From positions 8,432,001-8,496,000 of the forward strand of contig NC_135821.1 of the NCBI RefSeq assembly GCF_964213995.1: 64,000 nt of DNA, in the 5' to 3' direction. This document shows, piece by piece, positions 1 to 13,157 of the stretch. The translations under genes and the position numbers were made by a program. The notes beneath the pieces are model-generated. The model did not search any database, was not told the origin of the DNA, and was given only the letters and a program-made list of their open reading frames with translations. How positions within the stretch are numbered: position 1 is the first letter of the stretch; every line of letters begins with the position of its first letter. This DNA is from Mustelus asterias. Its lineage: Eukaryota.

Positions 1-1684
1 GACGCATTATTAGCTGATCTCCAGTGCTGTTGCTCATAAAGCCTGGTTTTTGGAGTGTAGTTATGTTAGTTGGCTTGTCCTCATTCTGAGTGGGGGGCAG
101 GTTGTCGTGCTGGCTGTGAGTGCTGGGGGTCAGAGGGAGTGTGAATATCCTTAGAGGAACAAAAGAGTGCAGAAATAAATATGCCACTTGACTGGCTGGC
201 TACTGCACAGTGCCTAGAGTTGGCAATAGCCCAGTGACAATAGGAATATGACTTTCTTAAACATAAAGTGCATCAGTCCTACTTGAACTGCTCAGTGCGC
301 TTCAACGCCCATCTTTTTATGGAATGCTTGCCAATGCCTTCAGCGTATTGTGAACAAGGTACAGTGAGTAACATTTCCTTGTGCAGGCTTAACCAACGTC
401 TTGGAAATCACCACAATAAAAGCAAAATGCTGTGGATGCTGGAAATCTTAATTTAACTCTCTCTCTCTGTCCACAGCATCTTCTGTTTTATTTCTCGGAA
501 ATCACACTGTTATTTCAGTGGTCAGTGTAGTCCTGAGGTTTCTGGAGTGCTCATAAGTAGGGTGGATGTTTTTTTTTGCTCTCCAGGTTCTGCTTCTCAT
601 TCCTAAAACAATTTGACTTCCTACCCTGTGATGCTATCTTGCATTTTTTAATTTGAAGATACTTACTGGAGATTGGAGTTAAGTGTCATACTTATTTGAA
701 AACTTTCTTCAAACTTTTGCATCAATATTTCATCCTTATCCTCTCATATACAGTAACATTTTATTCCTGTTAGCAACCTGACGTTTGTAATATTTTCAAT
801 ACTTAGATTGCATTTTCTTTGAAAAAAACGCACAATAAATTAAACATATAAATAACCCCTCACACTTAAATGGCCAGCGAGTGAGTGAAAAGAAATCTGC
901 AATTTGACCAAGGGAATTTAAATTCAGTCCTTTTCCCAGCTCCACTTCCACTCAACCTATTGATCCAGTCAATGATTGACAGTAATTTACTTGTCCTGGA
1001 AATTAGGTGTTCCTAGGTGCACTCTGTGCCAACAATGCCTACATTGCAAGATATCTGTACTTGGAAGAATTATATAATATGGAAGGGCTCTCAAAGCTAA
1101 CATCTAAACATGCTCTGCCACTGACTGGATCTCCATATCTAATGGGCATTTGCTTGTCACTGCAATGTCATATGTGAAAAGATGCACAGAACTCAGCGCC
1201 ATTAGTGAGATTCTATTTATTCCAACATTGTCTCCAAGTAGAATCTGAACAACCTTTAAAATAATTCTGAAACATACTTCATGGATGTTCAGATTCACAA
1301 TGATGGATCGATCTTTCTCATTGCTATGAATCATTGAGCAATCTTTACAGTGGGTGTTGCTGGTGTTTGTTGCAAAGAACAATTTTACAATTCAATAGGT
1401 ATGAGAGCAGTGATTTGATCTCTCAAGAGATCAAGCATTATAATCTTTCCAACTATAGCCCTAAATCAATTCCAAGTTGTACACTGGCAGTATTTGCATT
1501 TTTAACCTGACAGGAATGAAACTTTTCACTTTTATTTTTGGAGTTGCACTGCCACCTTGTCATGGAGCGAGTGTAGCAGTTTGATGTTTTTTCCATCTCT
1601 GCCTAAATACAAGCAGTAGAGCATTCAAACATCAGCGCTGAGTTTAATCCTGTCCACACCTCAGAGCCACATGTGCACCTCTTT

Positions 1685-1992
1685 TTTATAATTTATTTAT
1701 TAGCGTCACAAGTCAGGCTTACATTAACACTGCAGTGAAGTTACTGTGAAAATCCCCTAGTCGCCACACTCTGGCGCCTGTTCAGGTACACTGACGGAGA
1801 ATTTAGCATGGCCAATGCACCCTAACCAGCACGTCTTTCGGACTGTGGGAGGAAACCGGAGCACCCAGAGGAAACCCACGCAGACACGGGGAGAATGTGC
1901 AGACTCCGCACAGACAGTGACCCAAGCGGGAATTGAACCCGGATCCCTGGTGCTGAGAGGTAGCAGCGCTAACCACTGTGTCACCGTGCCAC
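1685..1992 (-). mobile_element. tRNA-derived SINE (HE1-like)
   Basis: Minus strand has tRNA-like A/B boxes (TGGCACGGTGACACAGTGGTTAGC...GGGTTCAATTCCC) plus a conserved body repeated about 10 times in the window. Confidence 0.85.
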
Positions 1993-2145
1993 TCTATTAG
2001 CTGGGGTGTTGGACAACAATTAGGAGTAGGAACATTACATAGTTCCTCCCTACCTCAAGAGGCACTGAGGCATTTGCAATGTTCCCATCTGCTGCCTTAA
2101 TTGCTGTTAGCTAAATCATTAGCAGGTCTTTGAATCATAGATTAA

Positions 2146-2470
2146 GGGGAGGCAGTGACGTAGTGGCACAGTCACTGGACTAGTATTCCACAGACCCTGT
2201 ATAGTGCTCTGGTGTCCCGGGTTCAAATCCAACCACGACAGATTCAATAGAAATCTGGAATTTTAAAAAGTCTAAAGATGACCATGAAACCATTGCTGAT
2301 TGTTGTAAAAACCTATCCAGTTCACTAATGCCCCTTAAGGAAAGAAATGTTCTGTCTTTACCTAGTCTAACCTACATGTGAATCCAGAACCACTGCAATA
2401 TGGTTGATTCTTAAATGCCCAAGGGCAATAAATGGTGACCCAGAGATGACCACATCCCACGTACAAATAA
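2146..2470 (+). mobile_element. tRNA-derived SINE, second family
   Basis: GGCAGTGACGTAGTGG...GGTTCAAATCC head; homologous copy at 59757-60117. Confidence 0.65.
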
Positions 2471-2518
2471 GAAAAAGCATTAAACAAAGTGAACTAAATC
2501 AGTCCATTACAGAGAACC

Positions 2519-2848
2519 ATAGAATCATAGAAACCCTACAGTGCAGAAGGAGGCCATTCAGCCCATCGAGTCTGCACCGACCACAATCCCACCCAGGCCC
2601 TACCCCCATATCCCTACATATTTACCCGCTAATCCCTCTAACCTACACATCTCAGGACACTAAGGGGCAATTTTAGCATGGCCAATCAACCTAACCCGCA
2701 CATCTTTAGACTGTGGGAGGAAACCGGAGCAGCCGGAGGAAACCCACGCAGACACGAGGAGAATGTGCAAACTCCACACAAACAGTGACCCAAGCCGGGA
2801 ATCGAACCCAGGTCCCTGGAGCTGTGAAGCAGCAGTGCTAACCACTGA
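2519..2848 (-). mobile_element. tRNA-derived SINE (HE1-like) with CR1-type tail
   Basis: Same body as the other copies; ends in TTCTATGATTCTATG-type tail on minus. Confidence 0.85.
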
Positions 2849-2960
2849 GGGTGGTTAAACAGTTAAAATCTAGCACGATGTATTCGTCAACTGTACGATG
2901 TTGAGTGGAACAGCCTGGATAAAAAGCAGTTAAAAACATACATCCAAACTTCGGCATTTA

Positions 2961-3135
2961 AACATAGAAACAGAGAAGATCGGAGCAGGAGGAGGCCATT
3001 CGGCCCTTCGAGCCTGCTCTGCCATTCATTACGATCATGGCTGACCATCCAACTCAATAGCCTAATCCTGCTCTTTCCCCATAACCTTTGATCCCATTCG
3101 CCCCAAGTGCTATACTCAGCCGCCTCTTGAATATA
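2961..3135 (-). mobile_element. CR1 LINE 3' end fragment
   Basis: GIKGYGERAG coding end and 3' UTR similar to the CR1 copies ending at 24200 and 51295. Confidence 0.7.
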
Positions 3136-3959
3136 TTCATTGTAGCTCCAAGTTCTTTTGTATGTACATATATATTGGGGTGGCAACTTTGGTTAGAATG
3201 TATACCATGCAAGATGTTTTCCAATAATCTGCTACCAAAAAGAGAAATTACCAGAACTTTCATTGTGAGAATTTCAGTCAGGTATAATATAACTTTCACC
3301 TGAAATGTGAAAAACAGCCAGCAATGCTATCAGCCCCAAAGCTCTGGAAATCCTCACGAAATCTCAACACCTCTCCCTTCCTTTAAAAACCTACTTCTCT
3401 AACCCTGCTTTAATTACAGCTCCTAATATTTCCTTTGGCTTGGTGTCATTTTTTTGTCTGATTATATTTTTGTGGGTACTTCCCTACACTAAATGCATTA
3501 TATAAATGCACGGCCTACCTTTGCAAACTTGATTTGTCTGCAGCATGTTGAACTCCATATACTAGGTTGAAGTACTGGTGGTTAAGGTGCATCACATTAT
3601 CATTGGGAGACATTTCAAGCGATAACTAAAAACTTCACACAAAAGTTCCTTTGCCTACACTGTCAGTTTGACTCAAATGGTTACACTCAGCGCTGAGTCA
3701 GGGGGTCAATATATACCCCCAGTCCGGGAGCTGATCACACCACCTAGACTAGTAGTGCAATATGGAACAACCCATTCAACTCCGAGCCTGTTCCACCATT
3801 CAAGATGACCATTGTTAGCTTAATTTACCCCGATTCCCTCACACCTTTACCGAGTAAATATCAATGAACCTGTGTCAGAGCTGCCATCATTTAATTACAC
3901 GTAATTAAACTAAGGCTAAATCAGTGGTTCTGATATTAAAAAAGACACAGCACTTTTTT

Positions 3960-5000
3960 TATTCATTCATTGGATGGGAGGGTCACTGGCAGGGTCAGCA
4001 TTTATTGCCCTTCTCTAATTGCCCTCAAAATGGTGGTGGTGAGCCATCTTCTTGAACCACTGTAGTCCATGTGCTGTAGATACACCCACAGTGCTGTCGG
4101 GGAGGGAGTTCCAGGATTTTGACCCAGCGACAGTGAGGGAACAGCGATACAGTTCTAAATCAGCATAGTGTGGGGCTTGGAGGGGAACTTGCAGGTGGTG
4201 GTGTTCCCAGGTAGCTGCTGCCCTTGTCCTTCTCGGCAGTAGAGGTCACAGGTTTTGGGAGGTGCAGCTGAAGGACCCTTGAGAGTTGCTACAGTGCATC
4301 TTCCAAATGGTACACACTGCTGCCAGCGTTGAAGGGAGTGAATGTTTGTGGAAGGGATGCCAAAGAAGCTTTGAAGCAAAGAAGGCTGCTTTGTCCTGGA
4401 TGGTGTCAAGTTTCCTTAGTGCTGTGGAGCTGCACTCATCCAGGCAGATGGAAAGTATTCCATCACACTCCTGACTTGTGCCTTGTAGTTGGTAGCCAGT
4501 GTTCTGGGAAGTCAGGACATGAGTTACTCTTCACAGAAAATAATGCCATTGAATGTCAAGGGGCGATGCTTAGATACTCTCTTGGTGGAGATGGTCATAG
4601 CCTGGCATTTGTGTGGCGTTAGTATTTCTTGCCACTTATCAGCCCAAACCTGAATATTGGGCAAGTTTTGCTGCATTTGGACATGGACTGCTTCAGTATC
4701 CAAGTTGTGAATGGTGCTGCACATGGTGCATTCATCCATGAGCATTCTGACCTTCTGAGGGAAAGTCATTGATGAAACAGCTGAAGATAGTTGGGCCGAG
4801 GTCGTTACCCTGAGGAACTCCTGCAGTGATGTCCCAGGACTGTGATAATGGACCTCCAACAACCACAACCATCTTCCTGAGTATGAGTCCATCAGTGAAG
4901 AATTTTTCCCCGTTGACTTTACCAGTGCTTTTGTTGGGGCTCCTTGATGCCACACTCGATCAAATGCTGCCTTGATGTCAAGGGCAGTCACTCTCACCTC
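3960..5000 (-). mobile_element. degenerate LINE (CR1/L2 group) RT 3' portion
   Basis: Frameshifted RT motifs LDIKAAFDRVWH, GVPQG..LGPTIFSCFIND, WADKWQ. Confidence 0.8.
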
Positions 5001-5036
5001 ATGTGAAGCCCTAGAAGGTTCCTCTGTATCTTGGCC

Positions 5037-6116
5037 AACATTCTTCCCTCAACCACTCTGATTCAAAATAGATTAACTAGCCATCTTTCTCCTTGATGCT
5101 TTCTAGGTCTTGTGATACACAAAAGGCTGCTCACATTTACCTCCAACAGTGAGTAAGTGCACTTAACATGCTTTACATCATTGAGAAATTCAATAAAGGG
5201 ATAGATAAATTTAAACCTTTTCTTCAGATGATCATCATCATCTCTGAGCTTTTGATTCCTACATTAGTCAGCTGTTAACATAGCTACATTGTGCCAGCAG
5301 CTATAGGAATATCATGCAACATTCCACAAGTTCTAGTTTCCATGTTAATTCTCATTATTCAGTCACCTGCCTTGCACATTTGCCATTCCAGTCAGCATGT
5401 ATACTAATTCTCAATAAGCTTCTTTTAAAAATATTTCACACCAAATCATATTCAAATCACTAGTATGTTCTACAGAACACTGACTCTTCCCTCCATCTGA
5501 GACAGACCATCAAAAGACTCACCTATATGATTTATGATTGAGACATCTTACACAAGTGAAGAACTCAGATTCTCTCCAACAATCTGTGTGGGGTTTTGTA
5601 GGTTAATGTTGATGGGAAGTGTATGTGGAGGTTTTGGGGTGTTATTTTTAACCACTTCACCTGCCACGGGAGATGGGGTGGGGGGGAGAATTGTCCAGAT
5701 GCAGCAGAAAGAGCCAGCTTTGATCACTTTTTGTGTTTAAATCCCATTGACAGACTTCTTATAACTTCCAATATGCATCAAGGGAAAATATATTGATTGT
5801 AAGTAAAACAAATCAGACACACAACTTCAACCCTTGGAAAACTGTATTTCCCCAACACTGGCTTTTGACAAATCCCCTTAACAGCTGACCAATGTAGGAA
5901 TCAAAAGCTCAGAGATGATGATCATCTGAAGAAAAGGTTTAAATTTATCTATCCCTTTATTGAATTTCTCAATGATGTAAAGCATGTTAAGTACACTTAC
6001 TCACTGTTGGAGGTAAATGTGAGCAGCCTTTTCTGTATCACAAGACCTAGAAAGCATCAAGGAGAAAGATGGCTCGTTAATCTATTTTGAATCAGAGGGG
6101 TTGAGGGAAGAATGTT
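5037..6116. repeat. ~240-bp inverted repeat (arms 5037-5278 and 5878-6116)
   Basis: Arms are near-perfect reverse complements (e.g. GAGCTTTTGATTCCTACATT / AATGTAGGAATCAAAAGCTC). Confidence 0.92.
5523..5660 (-). other. candidate 138-nt cassette exon with premature stop
   Basis: Minus strand: pyrimidine tract+GCAG acceptor, TAG|GTGAGT donor; stops in all three frames. Confidence 0.4.
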
Positions 6117-7149
6117 AGTGGTCTTAACAAAACCACTGTAACCACCTGGGCCTGAAGTTCTGATATACCCTGCCTAAATGCTTCCATTTCCACACAGCCT
6201 CCTGTTTGATGACCTTCCTTCAAAAGTAGCTCTTTGACCATAGCTTTTAGCAAGTCCTCCCAATATCTGAATCTTTTGCTCAACATTGATTCTGTCTGAA
6301 GTTTTATGTTAAATATCCTACATTAATGCAAGTTGTTTTTGTTAGATGTACACGTTGTATTATTTCCCAGGCATCTGGTTTTACTACAATAAGATACCCC
6401 TTGGATTAACAAAACAATAACTGACGCTTCAAAAGGCACAGCAAATCCACCCCCCCCCCAACCCCATGCTGTCCACATTCACCCCTACTGCAATCTAAAG
6501 AAATGACATGATCCTACACTGGAGTATTATTTACCTCAGTAAAGCAGGGCTATATTAATCCAAGGACAACATCATTTGGACCATGTATGTAAATAACCTG
6601 CCTATAAAAATTTGTCTGGTGGAGCATTAGAAAAAAGCTGTAAATCCTACAGTCCTACTTGGCAACATTGCAACATTTGAATTTTCCCAGCTGATTGGTA
6701 CTGGGTTTTAAATAGTGTTTTCCTGCCTGCCTGAGGGAATTTCTCAGTTTTAATGAAGGTCACGTTTAGCAGAGAAATACATCAATGAATTTATTCTAAA
6801 ATGGCTCCTTAATAAAAACTGGAGTCTCATTAAATGAAGTGGAAGAAAATAAAACTGAGGGGTACAGTGAGGGGCAACAGCAAGAGAATGGCAAGAGCAG
6901 GGGGGTTTGTGGGTGAGGGGGGCCGTGGGCAAGGGTGGGGGGATGAGGACAGCAGGTGAGGGCAGGGGGACAGGGCAGCGTGCAAGGGCAGGGGCAGCAG
7001 GGGAGGGCAGGGGCAGCAGGGGAGGGTGTGGGGGCAATGGGAGCGGACAGGGGCAGGGAGCGAGTGCAGGGAGCGAGAGCGGAGTGAACAGGGCGAGAAC
7101 AGCTGCGTGTGTGGGAGGTGGTTATGGAGAGGTTATGGGGAGTACTTGG

Positions 7150-10100
7150 GGAGTACTGTGTGGGGTTTTGTAGGTTAATGTTGATGGGAAGTGTATGTGG
7201 GGGTTTTGGGGTGTTTATTTGGGGGGAGTTTGGGTGGATGTGGGGTGAGTTATAGGTTTTTTTTCTGGGGGGGGTTATGTTGTGAATTATTTGCGTTGGA
7301 GTGGATCTGGGGGATGTTATGGGGGTTGTTTTGGTGGTGTGTGTTGGGTTATGGGGATGTGGATTATTTGGGGGTGTGCAGGTTATCGGGGGGGGTTATT
7401 TGTGTGAGTGGGGGGGTGTTGTGTTATGGGGGGTTATTTTGGGGGGTGTTGGGTTATGGGGGGTTATTTTGGAGAGGGTGTTGGGTTATGGGGAGTTATT
7501 TTGGGGGGTGTTGGGTTATGGGGGGTTATTTTGGGGAGGGTGTTGGGTTATGGGGAGTTATTTTGGGGAGGGTGTTGGGTTATGGGGGTTATTTTGGGGG
7601 GTGTTGGGTGATGGGGGGTTATTGGGTTACGGGGGGTTATTTTGGGGGGTGCTGGGTTATGGGGGGTTAATTTGTGGAGGGTGTTGGGTTATGGGGAGTT
7701 ATTTTGAGGGGTGTTGGGTTATGGGGGGTCATTTTGGGGAGGGTGTTGGGTTATGGGGAGTTATTTTGGGGAGGGTGTTGGGTTATGGGGGGTTATTTTG
7801 GGGGGTGTTGGGTGATGGGGGGTTATTGGGTTACGGGGGGTTATTTTGGGGGGGTTCGGTTATGGGAGTTATTTTTGGGGGGTGTTGGGTTATGGGGGAT
7901 GTGGATTATTTGGGGGTATGTAGGTTATCGGGGGTGGGGGGCACTTGTGGGGGGTGTTATGGGGGCGTCATGGGGGTATTTGTGGGGAGCGTCATGGGGC
8001 TATTTGTTGGGGGCGTCATGGGGCTATTTGTGGGGGGCGTCATGGGGCTATTTGTGGGGGGCGTCATGGGGCTATTTGTGGGGGGCGTCATGGGGCTATT
8101 TGTGGGGGGCGCATGGGGCTATTTGTGGGGGGCGCATGGGGCTATTTGTGGGGGGCGCATGGGGCTATTTGTGGGGGGCGCATGGGGCTATTTGTGGGGG
8201 GCGCATGGGGCTATTTGTGGGGGGCGCATGGGGCTATTTGTGGGGGGCGCATGGGGCTATTTGTGGGGGGCGCATGGGGCTATTTGTGGGGGGCGCATGG
8301 GGCTATTTGTGGGGGGCGCATGGGGCTATTTGTGGGGGGCGCATGGGGCTATTTGTGGGGGGCGCATGGGGCTATTTGTGGGGGGCGCATGGGGCTATTT
8401 GTGGGGGGCGCATGGGGCTATTTGTGGGGGGCGCATGGGGCTATTTGTGGGGGGCGCATGGGGCTATTTGTGGGGGGCGCATGGGGCTATTTGTGGGGGG
8501 CGCATGGGGCTATTTGTGGGGGCCGTCATGGGGGTATTTGTGGGGGCGTCATGGGGGTATTTGTGGGGCGTCATGGGGGTATTTGTGGGGGCGTCATGGG
8601 GGTATTTGTGGGGGGCGTCATGGGGGTATTTGTGGGGGGCGTCATGGGGGTATTTGTGGGGGGCGTCAAGGGGGTATATGGGGGGGCGTCATGGGGGTAT
8701 TGGGGGGAGGGCGTCATGGGGGTATTTGGGGGGGCGTCATGGGGATATTTGGGGGGGCGTCATGGGGGTATTTGGGGGGGCGTCATGGGGGTATTTGGGG
8801 GGGGCGTCATGGGGGTATTTAGGGGGCGTCATGGGGGTATTTTGGGGGGACGTCATGGGGGTATTTTGGGGGGGGCGTCATGGGGGTATTTTGGGGGGGC
8901 GTCATGGGGGTATTTGGGGGGCGTCATGGGGGTATTTGGGGGGGCGTCATGGGGGTTTTGGGGGGCGTCATGGGGGTTTTGGGGGGGCGTCATGGGGGTT
9001 TTGGGGGGGCGTCATGGGGGTATTTGGGGGGGCGTCATGGGGGTATTTGGGGGGCGTCATGGGGGTATTTGGGGGGGCGTCATGGGGGTATTTGGGGGGC
9101 GTCATGGGGGTATTTGGGGGAGTCATGGGGGTATTTGGGGGGCGTCATGGGGGTATTTGGGGGGCGTCATGGGGGTATTTGGGGGCGTCATGGGGGTATT
9201 TGGGGGGCGTCATGGGGGTATTTGGGGGGCGTCATGGGGGTATTTGGGGGGCGTCATGGGGGTATTTGGGGGGCGTCATGGGGGTATTTGGGGGCGTCAT
9301 GGGGGTATTTGGGGGGCGTCATGGGGGTATTTGGGGGGCGTCATGGAGGTATTTGGGGGGCGTCATGGGGGTATTTGGGGGGCGTCATGGGGGTATTTGG
9401 GGGGCGTCATGGGGGTATTTGGGGGGCGTCATGGGGGTATTTGGGGGGCGTCATGGGGGTATTTGGGGGGCGTCATGGGGGTATTTGGGGGGCGTCATGG
9501 GGGTATTTGGGGGGCGTCATGGGGGTATTTGGGGGGCGTCATGGGGGTATTTGGGGGCGTCATGGGGGTATTTGGGGGGCGTCATGGGGGTATTTGGGGG
9601 CGTCATGGGGGTTATTTGGGGGGCGTCATGGGGGTATTTGGGGGGCGTCATGGGGGTATTTGGGGGGCGTCATGGGGGTATTTGGGGGGCGTCATGGGGG
9701 TATTTGGGGGGCGTCATGGGGGTATTTGGGGGGCGTCATGGGGTATTTGGGGGGCGTCATGGGGGTATTTGGGGGCGTCATGGGGGTATTTGGGGGGCGT
9801 CATGGGGGTATTGGGGGGGCGTCATGGGGGTATTGGGGGGGCGTCATGGGGGTATTGGGGGGGCGTCATGGGGGTATTGGGGGGGCGTCATGGCGGTATT
9901 GGGGGGCGTCATGGCGTATTGGGGGGGCGTCATGGGGTATTGGGGGGGCGTCATGGGGTATTGGGGGGGCGTCATGGGGGTATTGGGGGGGCGTCATGGG
10001 GGTATTGGGGGGGCGTCATGGGGGTATTGGGGGGGCGTCATGGGGGTATTGGGGGGGCGTCATGGGGGTATTGGGGGGGGCGTCATGGGGGTATTGGGGG

Positions 10101-12925
10101 GGCGTCATGGGGGTATTGGGGGGGCGTCATGGGGGTATTGGGGGGGCGTCATGGGGGTATGGTGGGGGGGGCGTCATGGGGGTATTGGGGGGGCGTCATG
10201 GGGGTATTGGGGGGGCGTCATGGGGGTATTGGGGGGGCGTCATGGGGGTATTGGGGGGGCGTCATGGGGGTATTGGGGGGGCGTCATGGGGGTATTGGGG
10301 GGCGTCATGGGGGTATTGGGGGGGCGTCATGGGGGTATTGGGGGGCGTCATGGGGGCATTTGGGGGGGCGTCATGGGGGTATTGGGGGGGCGTCATGGGG
10401 GCATTGGGGGGGCGTCATGGGGGTATTGGGGGGGCGTCATGGGGGTATTGGGGGGGCGTCATGGGGGTATTGGGGGGGCGTCATGGGGGTATTGGGGGGG
10501 CGTCATGGGGGTATTGGGGGGGCGTCATGGGGGTATTGGGGGGGCGTCATGGGGGTATTGGGGGGGCGTCATGGGGGTATTGGGGGGGCGTCATGGGGGT
10601 ATTGGGGGGGCGTCATGGGGGTATTGGGGGGGCGTCATGGGGGTATTGGGGGGGCGTCATGGGGGTATTGGGGGGGCGTCATGGGGGTATTGGGGGGGCG
10701 TCATGGGGGTATTGGGGGGGCGTCATGGGGGTATTGGGGGGGCGTCATGGGGGTATTGGGGGGGCGTCATGGGGGTATTGGGGGGGCGTCATGGGGGTAT
10801 TGGGGGGGCGTCATGGGGGTATTGGGGGGGCGTCATGGGGGTATTGGGGGGGCGTCATGGGGGTATTGGGGGGGCGTCATGGGGGTATTGGGGGGGCGTC
10901 ATGGGGGTATTGGGGGGGCGTCATGGGGGTATTGGGGGGGCGTCATGGGGGTATTGGGGGGGCGTCATGGGGGTATTGGGGGGGCGTCATGGGGGTATTG
11001 GGGGGGCGTCATGGGGGTATTGGGGGGGCGTCATGGGGGTATTGGGGGGGCGTCATGGGGGTATTGGGGGGGCGTCATGGGGGTATTGGGGGGGCGTCAT
11101 GGGGGTATTGGGGGGGCGTCATGGGGGTATTGGGGGGGCGTCATGGGGGTATTGGGGGGGCGTCATGGGGGTATTGGGGGGGCGTCATGGGGGGGCGTCA
11201 TGGGGGTATTGGGGGGGCGTCATGGGGGTATTGGGGGGGCGTCATGGGGGTATTGGGGGGGCGTCATGGGGGTATTGGGGGGGCGTCATGGGGGTATTGG
11301 GGGGGCGTCATGGGGGTATTGGGGGGGCGTCATGGGGGTATTGGGGGGGCGTCGTGGGGGTATTGGGGGGGCGTCGTGGGGGTATTGGGGGGGCGTCGTG
11401 GGGGTATTGGGGGGGCGTCGTGGGGGTATTGGGGGGCGTCGTGGGGGTATTGGGGGGGCGTCGTGGGGGTATTGGGGGGGCGTCGTGGGGGTATTGGGGG
11501 GTGTCGTGGGGGAATTTGGGGGGGCGTCATGGAGTTATTCGGGGGGGCGTCATGGAGGTATTCGGGGGGGTGTCATGGAGGTATTTGGGTGGCGGTCATG
11601 GGGGCATTTGGGGGGGCGTCATGGGGGTATTTGGGGGGGCGTCATGGGGGTATTTGGGGGGTCGTCATGGGGGTATTTGGGGAGTCGTTATGGGGGTATT
11701 TGGGTGGGGTGTCATCGGGGTTTTGGGGGGGCGTCATGGGGGTATTTGGGGGGGCGTCGTGGGGGTATTTGGGGGGCGTCATGGGGGTATTTGGGGGGGT
11801 GTCATGGGGGTATTTGGGGGGGTGTCATGGGGGTATTTGGGGGGGTGTCATGGGGGTATTTGGGGGGGTGTCATGGGGGTATTTGGGGGGTGTCATGGGG
11901 GTATTTGGGGGGTGTCATGGGGGTATTTGGGGGGTGTCATGGGGGTATTTGGGGGGGTCTCATGGGGGTATGTGTCGGGTGTCATGGGGGTATTTGTGGG
12001 GTGTCATGGGGGTATTTGGGGGGTGCTATGGGGGTATTTGGGGGGGTGTTATGGGGGTATGTGTGGGGGTGTTATGGGGGTATTTTTGGGGGGTGTTATG
12101 GGGGTATTTGGGGGGTATGTGTGGGGGTGTTATGGGGGTATGTGTGGGGGTGTTATGGGGGTATTTGGGGGGTGTTATGGGGGCATTTGGGGGGTGTTAT
12201 GGGGGTATGTGGGGGGGTTTATGGGGGTATGTGGGGGGGGTTATGGGGGTATTTGGGGGGAGGTTTTGGGGGTATGTGGGGGGAGGTTATGGGGGTATGT
12301 GGGGGGATGTTATGGGGGTATGTGGGGGGGTGTTATGGGGGTATGGGGGGGGTGTTATGGGGGTATGTGGGGGGGTGTTATGGGGTTATGTGGGGGGGGT
12401 GTTATGGGGGTATGTGTGGGGGTGTTATGGGGTTATTTGTGGGGGTGTTATGGGGGTATTTGGGGGGTGCTATGGGGGTATTTGGGGGGGTGTTATGGGG
12501 GTATGTGTGGGTGTGTTATGGGGGTGTTATGGGGGTATTTTTGGGGGGTGTTATGGGGGTATTTGGGGGGTATGTGTGGGGGTGTTATGGGGGTATTTGT
12601 GGGGGTGTTATGGGGGTATTTGGGGGGTGCTATGGGGGTATTTGGGGGGGTGTTATGGGGGTATGTGTGGGTGTGTTATGGGGGTGTTATGGGGGTATTT
12701 GGGGGGTATGTGTGGGGGTGTTATGGGGGTATGTGTGGGGGTGTTATGGGGGTATTTGGGGGGTGTTATGGGGGGTGTTATGGGGGTATTGGGGGGGTGT
12801 TATGGGGGTATTTGGGGGGTGTTATGGGGGCATTTGGGGGGTGTTATGGGGGCATTTGGGGGGTGTTATGGGGGTATGGGTGGGGGTGTTATGGCGGTTT
12901 GTGTGGGGGTATGTGTTTGTGGGGT
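7150..12925. repeat. G-rich minisatellite, ~21-23-bp units (GGGGGGGCGTCATGGGGGTATT and variants)
   Basis: Direct reading; strong G skew; in intron 1 of the minus-strand gene. Confidence 0.95.
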
Positions 12926-12959
12926 GCCGTGCCCCCTCCCCTCTCTCGCTGCCGCTTAC

Positions 12960-13157
12960 CTGTCCGGCGGCCTCGCTGCTCATGCCGTTCTCCCCCGGGT
13001 TCAGGCTGCCTTCCAGCCGCTGTCTCTTCGCCTCAGCGGCTGCAGGATCTCCCGGCTCGTCCCGCTTCAGCCCCCGCAGCATCCGCTCGGAGTCGGGGCC
13101 GGGACCGGGACCGGGACCGGGGCCGAAGCCGCTGCCGGCCACCGCCTCCGCCGCCAT
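12960..13157 (-). CDS. first coding exon of an unidentified gene (MAAEAVAGSGFGPGPGPGPGPDSERMLRGLKRDEPGDPAAAEAKRQRLEG...)
   Basis: GGCACCATGG Kozak in a CpG island, 66 codons, CAG|GTAAGC donor, NLS-like AKRQRL; downstream exons not identified. Confidence 0.7.

Noticed and set aside
2146-2235. tRNA gene
   Set aside because: A/B boxes belong to SINE heads; no cloverleaf or terminator (same for ~59760 and the HE1-like copies)
1104-3300. Downstream coding exons of the unknown gene (1104-1382, 3253-3300)
   Set aside because: No recognisable homology or consistent splice phases
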